The position numbers and the translations under genes were made by a program. This document shows positions 47,601 through 56,138 of a stretch of DNA of 64,000 bases, piece by piece. The stretch is from a virus. Positions within the stretch are counted from its first letter, which is position 1; each line of letters starts with the position of its first letter. The notes beneath the pieces are model-generated. The model was not told where the DNA came from and searched no databases. It was given only the letters and a program-made list of their open reading frames with translations. Location: the IMG/VR virus record IMGVR_UViG_3300029319_000016, positions 1 to 64,000 of that record, one strand, 5' to 3'.

Positions 47601-48127
47601 TGTATTTGTCTAACATTTCCAGTATTTGGATCACTATCTGTTGAAAAGGTTGTTACTCTTTCTACTCCGTTTATATACAACAGAGCAGTATTTCCTTCAA
47701 AATTTCCATCCCAAGTAAAAAGAAAGTGCGAGAACTCTCTAATTTCTGCCTGTGAGAATTGAAATTTATAGTCTTTGGTGTTTCCACTATGGTCAGTAAC
47801 ATTGACAGTAAACCTAGGAGTACTCAACGATGGGTATAAACTAACACGTATTGATAGCGATCCTGATGATGAGCACTGAAAAACGTTATTGAGTCCTACC
47901 GCGGAAGGATCGGTTAATTTTGCCCAAAACGAGAAACTTATACCACCAGTTGTTGGAAATAAATCGGTTGGGATTGTACCTTTCAAAGTAGTTCCACTTG
48001 ATCCACCAGAGTCTATGAACGGAAATTGTATCATTCTAGTACTATTTTCGCCAATCGTATTGGTATCTGTATCTATCTTTTCATTTACCAGTGTGTTGAG
48101 ACCTACAAGGTCTAAGTATATTGACAT
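41699..48127 (-). CDS. Very large virion protein with LamG/concanavalin A-like domains
   Basis: 2142 aa. ISFSFWAK...FSHFLFTWDG...LYINGV...LSYEEVQEIYSNG is a LamG-type pattern. Confidence 0.7.
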   Translation of the reverse strand: MSIYLDLVGLNTLVNEKIDTDTNTIGENSTRMIQFPFIDSGGSSGTTLKGTIPTDLFPTTGGISFSFWAKLTDPSAVGLNNVFQCSSSGSLSIRVSLYPSLSTPRFTVNVTDHSGNTKDYKFQFSQAEIREFSHFLFTWDGNFEGNTALLYINGVERVTTFSTDSDPNTGNVRQIQDSINIGTIPTGYNGFHGLLSNLCFISKKLSYEEVQEIYSNGFINDVRNTSVSSNIFLYFLLGTEKELSFISDGEDLPEQTEIKAIVGNVSVVTEGTRLPPSIIKTNKLVEKRNKKIATISSNDYFSALNIHRNGLYGYSTFKQIRTHQNPITRFHNKNSIFSHVSETGQARRTIRNERILSTHFDKYGKLTNYNEVPITFKNKPFEAVVNILIKDGEEEYDDKIVLSTPFQSQIQYFHNNFLNRELGIERNNHKNYSDIKRFYTAIDPTNSIIESIDSVKLCQTIFPTSLYATKNYVRQRPNFISGYWKDDRNERVELNQNNGFGHLIPSQSMWVLDTDKDFQNQGLQGNPGSFKIYGPSFATASTTKADAFGFHFPFYPASGIYLSYRDGAGNVTEIGDLGYDTNFVDFAERGSIGNIILSSHGSHLLVGAQAYWDAIKGAFLETYSYDSVEVTETKITRKGLYLSDLGDLPSPNYARRFTTIQNIWRDTAAPTGLTETYRQHWFSCSVDCGLTYWNSLANYPTDAYHTLFFDISSSVDFSGIRSEDTISYSGNLSTIKALRRQVYYTTSSVKLSDSGYTTIGRPRLVVRLGTKWFKNDGTVHYGNVPRSGAVEFFFDDVFTDNNPVGAQSSGTYYLQPILGRQQHFYLSLSQSMIAATLNPSGAVQLAINGEFMSASAVNDQWGFFNGPGHVAPGAHQAYTASSWTAADTGSIPTDVFWFSSGNNLTQQYLNEFYISDIAVVSGCFDHNSLSTTQMNNKVKRFCGGVTGTESKTDGNTGLRFENYSNVCESLTELSGPILWYDFEKTHLNEDFGENAVKFGVSSSNMQYGTHYDYSSSGDYTTGFANIYGYVDSVPESLRLDNGSYANFSILPGSNFNTYVVTLSKSVDAAPKTIENFTSPDAAASPIGGSTGFNSFKGAGILQNSYSQFARSFSKTTIVDAQFSASCFYSRRHSLTGAATVVNPFFTNLSGGTIYPLISRHKFLGTAKWEAGDQAGFFDENGNFVSSSKKPFYDTYGEFMEEVRGVGKDYSIVPEFRINDHLDFFLSHGPLDAKNNFIELSGGLETLKNSSQDNFYKTYSNTEFLKMFDVVKRDHSKLFDPYRITLSCKAIKKFLPYDGFYPAQRTVQIAKQFYSSYGSNLTITSSGDYLGQYVIGNNYPTQYLLNPLFGPGVLFNTIKSGIACDYPVITSSMTTATDDNIEFYINDRFDQRIPFEALVEPEKHLANISLFSNEPDSLGNTQTEVLWNGQGDNNYKLQMNNFLAEVGDFFLENENYTTITSLPQGDPNFGNAEGDKVYSLRLKMYRTITGSKSPQEANNGIKFGVPQDTGNMGEGFTMYSRPSAFGPPTHFSSSFFKTKNWNVFKKENSVDFSYKTGSTYTDVTSSGANNGFNYPFTPPYYHGEAWADITFVPPEGTKKYTLPEIINNSSVEFCRYYNSGSSQFVVSSSTKAQLKIKIDGVITNGQTIGITASNGSLFLGVTGSNTITSQATFTSGQAYVGLTSTLTKELFATNLATLLNSVDGYSATVDSTTVSPDFLVVMEADESARFTHDFGPLVDAATGVDGANSTRTVGGIISGVEPFDVSTVVNNDMAMQIASSMNIFSKGVLRQDITNARNVTVDTQFENKYRWIMQSKFECPTLNFNHHSHDTITMPNIATSSVPIGMWHQYGRLPQSTDEGIFIQVEEVPRNWTEGALNRDFDATGSLLNLCGFSTDPVRVGEIKESKIIEEAVVAIPFVADRSKNRFFKINKKDVEAALNNQESKVGDTISDLVKQLRKYVFPPQFDFVSFKDVDPVVMYVFEFSHKLSKQDLADIWQNLPPSIGNKQEVVTSTFSHDLFSQEFFGRGAILNNQGDLQKITRLSDINTDLQWMVFKVKKRARNNYFEKMFERNESGADVSSDEIVATATGRKQKLAYNWPYDFFSLIELIKIDAEVEFGNVDSGESQRLNDTILFPTPPIVKS

Positions 48128-48128
48128 T

Positions 48129-51100
48129 TTATTCTCCGTATGTAGCGTATATTTCTGATGATGAAGGGAAGGTAATTGCTGATTCTATTTTATCATTGAT
48201 TTTATTTAGCCCATCTTTTGGCCAATAACCAAACATCTTTTGTACCCCACTTCTTACACTATAATTATTTCCAAGCGAAGAAGTTACCCAACTATAATTG
48301 TAATCAGAAGCAGGCAAAACAGAATTGTAATTATAATTATTGTTCTTTTCTCCTATTATAGAACCCGGTTGGTGTCTTGGTAGCTCAGCTGTCACCAACT
48401 GAAGTCTTTGAGGTTGAGTAGATCCTGTTATGTCATAGATGCTGTCTCGAGCAGAAATCCGAGCTCTGTTGGCATAATCTGCATCAACATTCCATACTTT
48501 TGCATATTCTACTTCTTTTCCTGCTCCGAAACTATAACCCTGTATAGACCCAGTTTTATAAAAATTACCGGGACTATCAAAATTACTCACAAATGTTCCT
48601 GGGTTTAATGGGTTTGGTTCTTTATATATGTTTTCACCCAATGTAAAATACGCTTGAATTTTATAGGACTCATTAATTGAAAGTACATCAGCATTTGGAT
48701 TTTTATATAAATACTCTATTGTTGAAGGTTCAGGCAAGTCCCACCAAATAAGAGTATCCGCTATCATGCCTGAAAATTCAGACTCAGTTGTATCAGCGTC
48801 TGCATCTGAAATACCAGATAAATTTCCTCCCCAAGTGGCGTAACTAATATTAGGATAGCTTCCACCCCCAGTATAGCCACCATTATCTGTAAATTTTCCA
48901 TTTTCAGTGCTCGAATCGTATCGCCAAGTGTATGGCTTTACTACATCTTTACTACTTACTCCATTTATGTAAATTATCGGCTCAGCATTAAGTTCTTTTC
49001 TGTAAAAGAATGCAATGTGATACCATTTGTTAAACTGTATTGGGGCATCTCCTTGTGGTATCGCATCTGGATCATTTGCACCTAAAAAGTTTTTTAAATT
49101 TATGTTCATTACATCGATGTCTCTTCTATTGACTTGTATACCCATCGAATAACCAACCTTCGGGTAAGTTGTTCTTTGAATATAAAGACCTGTGGTGACC
49201 ATCGAGTTATTAACACCGAAATAAAATGGATAAATTTCGTGTGTGCTGGTAGTATAGCTTTGTAATTTATCAAAGTTAACCCAATACGAAAATCCAACCC
49301 AACCTTCATTTCTTGCTTTCGTGGTTTTCCTCACAGCATCTATGTTTCCCCAATAATCATTGTAGGTCGAGACTTGTATAGCTGAATAAGTCTCAGCTGG
49401 ATCTGTGGGATGAAATCTAAAAACTTTTCTTTGAAAAGTATCATTATCTGTTGTAGCTATTGGGCGAACTAAAGTGTTTCTTGGAATTTTATGAAAAGAG
49501 GCACTATAAGCGTAATCTGATTGATCTGGTAATCCATAAACGCCATCAGTACCAGAACGACCCATAGGACGTTGATAAAGAGCTCTCAGACCATCTCTAG
49601 TGTTAATCTGGCTGTTCGCTCTTATCGTTCCAGATTCACCGCTTCCTGAGCCTCTAATAGATAAGTTTCTATAGTTTAAAGAGTTGTGAACAGAATATTC
49701 TCTTGCATATGCATCTAAGTATCCGTAAGATTGAACTTCAGGACCACCAGGTGCGGAAAATCTTGAAGCTATTACTGTTTTGTTTCTTTGAGATCCTGTT
49801 AAGAAGTCTGACTCTCTTTGAACTAAATTTAAAGGCCCTTCGATAGCAGTGGTATTAGACAATACCGTAAACGATGGATTAACATGATTACTGGCTGAAA
49901 TTGAAATTCTGGCTGTTGTTGAGTGATAATCTTTTCTGGGTTTTATTGTAAAAATTGCTCTTTCAGATCCAGAAACATAAGGAAATTCAAAATCTTTAAA
50001 TTGATGTTCTAATTTTCTTTGGGCTTGGTCCCAAATTTCTGTGTTTGTTAGATAGCCTAAGCCTTTCGTAAAGTAGAACCTATGGTCTTGGTCGTAAGGA
50101 ATGCGTAATGTATTGTTGTGTGTTCCAAAACTAGAGGAAAGAAATTTATCTCTATTATTATGGTGATTATGAAGTCCTCCTGATACCTCATAACCATAAT
50201 GATAAGTATCCCAATATGATTCGTCTCCATACTTCCACCAACTAAGAATGGTTGATGCCTTAGAATGTGTGGAAGGATCTTTCCAATTACCATTATTATA
50301 TAATTCAGCTATTTCACCAGAACCAGTTAACAAAGTTTTCCAAATTACAATGTCTTGGAGTGTTATTTTATCGTCATTGCGTATAATGAACTCATTGATT
50401 TGAGGAGTAGTCCCACCTACAGGACTGTAGGTAGTACCAGATGATGTCACAGGGTGTCCATTTTGATATAATCTAGGTACCTTAGTGGCACTAGATAGGT
50501 CATCTACTTCAAAAACGGCTACATAGTGTACCCATTGACTACCAGATACAGATCCATTATTTGTATCAAAAATTGTTTCATCTTTTGCATTTGCACTATT
50601 TTCAAAATAGATTTGTATGTCATTATCCAAGAAAATTTGATGCCTCCATGTATCTCCATCATCTTTAAATCCTATGTGAGCAGTGTTGGATAATTCATTC
50701 ACGGGAGTTTTCATCCACCAAGAAATTGAAAAGTTGTCTGTATTTAGGCCAGAAAGAGAACCTGTTGCGTCAGCTGTGAACGTGTTAGGACTTCTGAAAG
50801 TTTTTCTATATGTATAAAGGTTGAACAACTTGTTGAAATCTTGAGTTTTTGGATTTCCATCGGTATCAAGCCAAAGTGTTTTCTGGTATCCTCCTACTTG
50901 ATCAGCCAAAGGATGTACCACTTGACCAAAAACATTTCCAACTGATAATGTTAGATTTAAATAATGATTATCTGTTAGGGAAGAGGCAGTTGCAATCGTA
51001 AAGCGAGGATAGCTTATTCTTTTAGGCATTGCTCTACTAGTTATACCGCTACCAAAATAATTTCCAAAATCAGAGGTATTTGATCCTATAAGAGTTAAAG

Positions 51101-54100
51101 GATGGGTTGTCACCGGTAACGTTGTAGAAATATCTGTTGGTAAAAAGTTACCGCTTATCTGATAATTTGCATCTGAAGCGGCTTTTTTCAATCTATTGTT
51201 ATTCTCTAGTCTACCAACTGTATTGAAATATTCATACTTCTCTTTGTAGTTACCTTGAACTCTTTCTGAACCACTTATGTTTTGTATGTTATATGGGCGC
51301 TTAGCTCTAAATCCTCTATAATAGATTGCCCATTGTCTTGAAGGATCAGGATAGGGTCCACCATAGTCAGGACCAACAAGACCTAAAGCACCATCTTTTA
51401 CTGATTCGTCAGGGTGCTCACCAAACAAAATTCTATAAGCTTCAGGTCTAGAATATTGGTCATCTAAATTATTTAAAGTCGCTGCTCCACCTTCTGTTTT
51501 CAAATTAGTGTCATGTCTATTAACTGGTACGTGTCTAGACTGATGTCCACCAACCCAAGTTTCAGCAAAGGGTCCTTGCAATGGAATGTCATTTTGCAAA
51601 TAAGTTGTGTCTGAATGCAAGTTGGTTAAGACAACGGAAGCTGAGTAGTTATCAAAAACTTTCTTGTTGGCTCCTCTCGGTTCAGAACCAGAGATTAAAT
51701 TAAACGGAGCTGCGTAGTGGCCCTTAACTTTGTAAATGTAATCCAAAGAAGCTGTGGATGGAGCATTACCATCATTTGAAGAGTCTTTACCAACTGTTAT
51801 AACAAAATTATACTCATCAACTTGATTAGGATCTAAGACATCGTTTGAGATGTTTGTGTTAACTATGCCCTGTCCTGGACCAACACCAACAACAGCGACA
51901 TTGACTGGTACGCCTAAATTTGTTTTAGACCCATGAGGTCTAAGAACATCATAAACAAAATCTCTATTTTTATTTTGATTGTAGTTTATACCTGAATGTA
52001 TTGTACTTTGTACATCAAAAGACAGTTTATAAGGTCTAGAAAATCTTCTTAAAGTGTAAGTAGGTTTAAGATAAATTCCACCATCATTGTTTAGTAGATA
52101 TTTGTTGTAAGTTACGGTTTCAGTGGTAACGACTTCTTGAACTGTTTGGATTTCACTAGCCAAAGGACCAAGTCTCTCCGACCTTTCTTTTTGCCATAAA
52201 GAGTGATCGTTTTCTGATCCGTTTTTATATTCCGGAGAGTGACCAACTTTCCAGTTGTAAGTTAAGGGACCAATGCTTTGAATTGTACCAACAGTGGCTT
52301 GAACCTTATTAACAGTAGGAAATTTTCTATCATACTTTGGTCTTTCAAAAATGTGACTCTCAACAACATTAGAGACATTTTTTGTAAAAGTTACTGATGC
52401 TGGTTTCAGTTGTTCAATAAAGAAAGACAAAGACGAGTCTATCCACTTAAAGTAATCTGTGTATCTGTCTAAATCTGGATTGCCTGTAACTCTTTCAAAA
52501 AATAAACCTCGAGCAGTTCTTAATTTTTTGTATTCCATTCTATAATAGTCAACAGGTTTGGCAAACAGATTAGCTAACTCTTTCATCGAAGAAAAGGTTC
52601 TTAACATTTCATCTGAAATTGATTGGTACATACTTTTTTCTAGAGCAAAGATGTTGTCTGTTGTGTCCTCATCTTCTAGAAAATATTCCATCTCATTATC
52701 AAAGATAGAAATCCTATCGTTTGTAAAGGAAATTTCGGGTAGTTCTTTTCTTCTAGAGTAAATAAAATCTAGCTTTACAGGATTTGTGTCATTGCTTGGA
52801 AAACCCAAGGCTCTACCTAGATTCTCTCTTTCTATTATGTTTGAAACCCATCCATATTTATTACCAACAACTTTAACTGTTTTTCTACCACCTGTTAAAC
52901 CAGAAAAAACAATAGTATCGCTTGGTAAAGAACCAGGTGTAATTGCAATATTTCCCTGTGAGCCTTTTTTAATATGAATTAAATCTATAAAATTTTTATT
53001 AGGTGGATTTCTTTGTAAAACTTTTATTGTATTTGTACCATTAGTTCCATGCCCATTAGAGCTTTCTATAGCAATGGCGATTTGTGAAGCAATTAGAACA
53101 GCTTGAGTTATACCATTAATTTGTACAACTACACCATCAGAGGTGACTGTCCCGCTTGCTCCTTTTGTTCCAGTATTATCAAAAAAGTATTCTATTGCAT
53201 TCCCATCTGAATCAGTTATTGTAAACCCATCGGTAGTTGGGAGACTAGCGTGTTTTGCTAATCCACCACCAACATCTACTACTTCTATTATACCTGTTGC
53301 TTTTGAAATTATTTCCACTCCCGCAGAACCACTTGAAAAGTCTTGAACTGTAAACTCTCCCAGAGAGTTAGCTGATGAATTTTTATCAAAATTCCAATGT
53401 AGTATTAGTGAATCGTAGCCTGGAATCTCAACGCTACTAGAAATACCATAATTGAAGTTTGTTGTATTTGAATAAATTTTATCATGACCATAATTAAATG
53501 CGTCCAAATTGTGTGCTTTAATTGATTCGTTATTAAGCTCATCCATCCAAACTCTTAAAGAATCAACAATCACATCTGTTTCATCAATAACTGAACCTGT
53601 GTTGTTTTGTGCGTGTGCACCAAGATAAAAACGCTTTGAATTGCATAAAATTGCTGAGCCTGTTGTAAAGTTTGCACTAGCTGTTATTTCAAACTCGTGC
53701 TTTACATTTCCAAATGCATGTGTGACACCATAAAGTCTAGCAGTATATTTTGGTTGTGAACTTTGTAATACTCCAATAGTCGGATAACCTTGAGGTTTAA
53801 TAGACATTTGAAGGTTCCATCTTTCATCATTATATACATCTTCATAAAGACCAGTCTCAGCGTAAATACTATTGTCATAATTTTTTATAACAAACTTTAC
53901 ATTTGGTGATTCTACATGATCTTTTACAGCAAAAACTTGCAAGTTTGCAACATCGTTTGAATGCCAAGAGTAATCAGAAGAATCATCAGAATTGGCTTGG
54001 TGAAAACCAAATAAGGAAGCTGATACGGATTGCAATGTATAAAAACCAGATTTCCCAAATTCTAATTTTCTAGGAAAAATGAAACCACCTTCCATAGAGA

Positions 54101-56138
54101 AAGCAGAAAATCTTTCATTTTTTATTGTCTCGCCTGAACCGGAAATAAATGTAAAAGAATTGGCACTTGAAGAAGTTTGGATTACTCTTCCATAAGTTCT
54201 ATTTTTTTTGTTAAAGTTCAAAACTTTTGTTTTTACTGATGAGTCTTTGTATCTATCTTTTAGATAATGAGTACCATAGTCAGTATAAACATTTAATTTT
54301 ATTAGTTCGTCATCAACCCCATAACATCTTAAAAGGTTTCTAAAAGACTTTTCCGTTCCTTTTGTTTTGTAAATGTATTCTAAATTATTATAAATGTTAT
54401 TATAAATTAATCTCTTTGTTTTTTCTATGTTTTGTTCAAAATGTTCACCAGTTTTAGATCTATCCCAAAAATATTCTAAAACATCTCCCTCTATAAACGA
54501 ATTGGGTGTTATCAAACCTTGGTCATTTAACAAGCGATCAACAAAAAAGTAAGGTTCAGCAGAAGCTGTGTAATAATTTTTGTCCTTTAATTTTGGTAGC
54601 TCTCCTATTTGCACATAAAGAGTATCAAGATAGGATGAAAGTATTTGATGCAAATATTTTATGTTACTATTTTGCTCATCTTCTTCTCTCAACCATGATG
54701 GCACTGCATTATATAAGTTAGAACTATTGCTTTTATCATAAATAGAACCACTTCTAGCCATTTCGGTGACCAAGGACTTTACAGATGGATGATCAGACCT
54801 AATGATTGGGTCACCAGGCTCTTTCTGTGTAAATGCTGTGCCTGTCGATCTAGAATAAGTATCATAACCAACCCATCTACCATTCGATACTCTTCCTGAG
54901 TAATCTAAAACTACTGAATCGTAGGAAGAAGATCCGACGATACCTTCGTTAAATTTATAATATACACCTAGGTCTGTTCTGAAATCATCAGAATTTGATC
55001 CACCACCCACTGGATAATACCAAGTGTTGTAGATATATTCATCTGTTAAGTCTTTTTTCCAATACCTAAAATCATCTAAAGAAGCAGAAAGTTTTCCAGC
55101 TCCAAGCATGTTAGCAGCCGCATAAGTACTACCAGACGGACTTGTAGATAAAGCGCCGATGTAGCCGTCTATTTTTCCTGGTATCTCCTCTATGTTGGTT
55201 GCTGTGTCAAAAACAGAAGCACTGTTCAACAATCCATTTTGGAAATATCTAACAAAAAGTTTTTGTTGTTTGGATTTAATCGTAACTGTATGGTGTGTCC
55301 AAGTATTGTTTGCTAGTGAAGCAGCATTATAGGTAGACAAGCAAATTGGTTGATTAACTATACCTTTTGATCCAGATTGTAGGGTTAAGTACATGACTGA
55401 ATTTGGTGTTGAATTACTTAATCCACCAGATAGTTCTAAGGTTAATCTTCCATAATTATGGACTATAGCAGTAGAATCAACACCTGCTGGAACCGTATTG
55501 CCATTCCACAGATCTAGAATTACTTCTTTGTCTGTTTCAGTGGTACCGAAAGATTGTTTTTTCATCCAAAACTGTATTGTGATACCATTTAAAGGATTTA
55601 TTCTATAATTTATAGTTCTATTTTTATTTGGATCATAAACAGTACCTTTATCAAAAGCTTTTGATAAGGCAAGTGTGCCAATTCCTTGAGAAGATGTGTG
55701 TTGTTCTACAGAAGCTGTGTGTAGTCCACCAGCTGTATAAATGTATTCTTTGGATGAAGGAATACCATATTGGCCGACTGTAGTGCCAGATCCCCATCCA
55801 TTAGCTGAAAATAAAGCATAACCTGTTGATTTTGGATATTTGTTATCCAATAACCATTGATCTAAGTAGGTTGAGTTGTTTTTAAATTGTAGTTTCTCAG
55901 CTTCGGAACCATCGTATGGGTAAGAAGAATAGATTCTTTCTATAGAAGATCTATAATATTCCTCAGCTGAACCGAAGTGGACAAACGATTCTGGGTCGGA
56001 AAAATCTAAATTTGGATAAAAAGTTTTGTTTCTTTTTACAACTTCTTTTACCAACTCAGGTGATTCTACACTTTTGGTTAATTCTGTTACTGAGTTTTGT
56101 AATACATTTTTTTTATTAAAATAATCTCTAATAGACAT
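48129..56138 (-). CDS. Very large virion (baseplate or tail) protein with several LamG-like domains
   Basis: 2669 aa. Repeated LamG patterns (TIQFWMKK...LDDFRYW; FSISWWMK...WVHYVAV...LYQNG; FSYWVN...WYHIAF...IYING) and a YIYKTKGTEKSFRNLLRCYG motif like those of baseplate wedge/tail proteins. Confidence 0.7.
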   Translation of the reverse strand: MSIRDYFNKKNVLQNSVTELTKSVESPELVKEVVKRNKTFYPNLDFSDPESFVHFGSAEEYYRSSIERIYSSYPYDGSEAEKLQFKNNSTYLDQWLLDNKYPKSTGYALFSANGWGSGTTVGQYGIPSSKEYIYTAGGLHTASVEQHTSSQGIGTLALSKAFDKGTVYDPNKNRTINYRINPLNGITIQFWMKKQSFGTTETDKEVILDLWNGNTVPAGVDSTAIVHNYGRLTLELSGGLSNSTPNSVMYLTLQSGSKGIVNQPICLSTYNAASLANNTWTHHTVTIKSKQQKLFVRYFQNGLLNSASVFDTATNIEEIPGKIDGYIGALSTSPSGSTYAAANMLGAGKLSASLDDFRYWKKDLTDEYIYNTWYYPVGGGSNSDDFRTDLGVYYKFNEGIVGSSSYDSVVLDYSGRVSNGRWVGYDTYSRSTGTAFTQKEPGDPIIRSDHPSVKSLVTEMARSGSIYDKSNSSNLYNAVPSWLREEDEQNSNIKYLHQILSSYLDTLYVQIGELPKLKDKNYYTASAEPYFFVDRLLNDQGLITPNSFIEGDVLEYFWDRSKTGEHFEQNIEKTKRLIYNNIYNNLEYIYKTKGTEKSFRNLLRCYGVDDELIKLNVYTDYGTHYLKDRYKDSSVKTKVLNFNKKNRTYGRVIQTSSSANSFTFISGSGETIKNERFSAFSMEGGFIFPRKLEFGKSGFYTLQSVSASLFGFHQANSDDSSDYSWHSNDVANLQVFAVKDHVESPNVKFVIKNYDNSIYAETGLYEDVYNDERWNLQMSIKPQGYPTIGVLQSSQPKYTARLYGVTHAFGNVKHEFEITASANFTTGSAILCNSKRFYLGAHAQNNTGSVIDETDVIVDSLRVWMDELNNESIKAHNLDAFNYGHDKIYSNTTNFNYGISSSVEIPGYDSLILHWNFDKNSSANSLGEFTVQDFSSGSAGVEIISKATGIIEVVDVGGGLAKHASLPTTDGFTITDSDGNAIEYFFDNTGTKGASGTVTSDGVVVQINGITQAVLIASQIAIAIESSNGHGTNGTNTIKVLQRNPPNKNFIDLIHIKKGSQGNIAITPGSLPSDTIVFSGLTGGRKTVKVVGNKYGWVSNIIERENLGRALGFPSNDTNPVKLDFIYSRRKELPEISFTNDRISIFDNEMEYFLEDEDTTDNIFALEKSMYQSISDEMLRTFSSMKELANLFAKPVDYYRMEYKKLRTARGLFFERVTGNPDLDRYTDYFKWIDSSLSFFIEQLKPASVTFTKNVSNVVESHIFERPKYDRKFPTVNKVQATVGTIQSIGPLTYNWKVGHSPEYKNGSENDHSLWQKERSERLGPLASEIQTVQEVVTTETVTYNKYLLNNDGGIYLKPTYTLRRFSRPYKLSFDVQSTIHSGINYNQNKNRDFVYDVLRPHGSKTNLGVPVNVAVVGVGPGQGIVNTNISNDVLDPNQVDEYNFVITVGKDSSNDGNAPSTASLDYIYKVKGHYAAPFNLISGSEPRGANKKVFDNYSASVVLTNLHSDTTYLQNDIPLQGPFAETWVGGHQSRHVPVNRHDTNLKTEGGAATLNNLDDQYSRPEAYRILFGEHPDESVKDGALGLVGPDYGGPYPDPSRQWAIYYRGFRAKRPYNIQNISGSERVQGNYKEKYEYFNTVGRLENNNRLKKAASDANYQISGNFLPTDISTTLPVTTHPLTLIGSNTSDFGNYFGSGITSRAMPKRISYPRFTIATASSLTDNHYLNLTLSVGNVFGQVVHPLADQVGGYQKTLWLDTDGNPKTQDFNKLFNLYTYRKTFRSPNTFTADATGSLSGLNTDNFSISWWMKTPVNELSNTAHIGFKDDGDTWRHQIFLDNDIQIYFENSANAKDETIFDTNNGSVSGSQWVHYVAVFEVDDLSSATKVPRLYQNGHPVTSSGTTYSPVGGTTPQINEFIIRNDDKITLQDIVIWKTLLTGSGEIAELYNNGNWKDPSTHSKASTILSWWKYGDESYWDTYHYGYEVSGGLHNHHNNRDKFLSSSFGTHNNTLRIPYDQDHRFYFTKGLGYLTNTEIWDQAQRKLEHQFKDFEFPYVSGSERAIFTIKPRKDYHSTTARISISASNHVNPSFTVLSNTTAIEGPLNLVQRESDFLTGSQRNKTVIASRFSAPGGPEVQSYGYLDAYAREYSVHNSLNYRNLSIRGSGSGESGTIRANSQINTRDGLRALYQRPMGRSGTDGVYGLPDQSDYAYSASFHKIPRNTLVRPIATTDNDTFQRKVFRFHPTDPAETYSAIQVSTYNDYWGNIDAVRKTTKARNEGWVGFSYWVNFDKLQSYTTSTHEIYPFYFGVNNSMVTTGLYIQRTTYPKVGYSMGIQVNRRDIDVMNINLKNFLGANDPDAIPQGDAPIQFNKWYHIAFFYRKELNAEPIIYINGVSSKDVVKPYTWRYDSSTENGKFTDNGGYTGGGSYPNISYATWGGNLSGISDADADTTESEFSGMIADTLIWWDLPEPSTIEYLYKNPNADVLSINESYKIQAYFTLGENIYKEPNPLNPGTFVSNFDSPGNFYKTGSIQGYSFGAGKEVEYAKVWNVDADYANRARISARDSIYDITGSTQPQRLQLVTAELPRHQPGSIIGEKNNNYNYNSVLPASDYNYSWVTSSLGNNYSVRSGVQKMFGYWPKDGLNKINDKIESAITFPSSSEIYATYGE

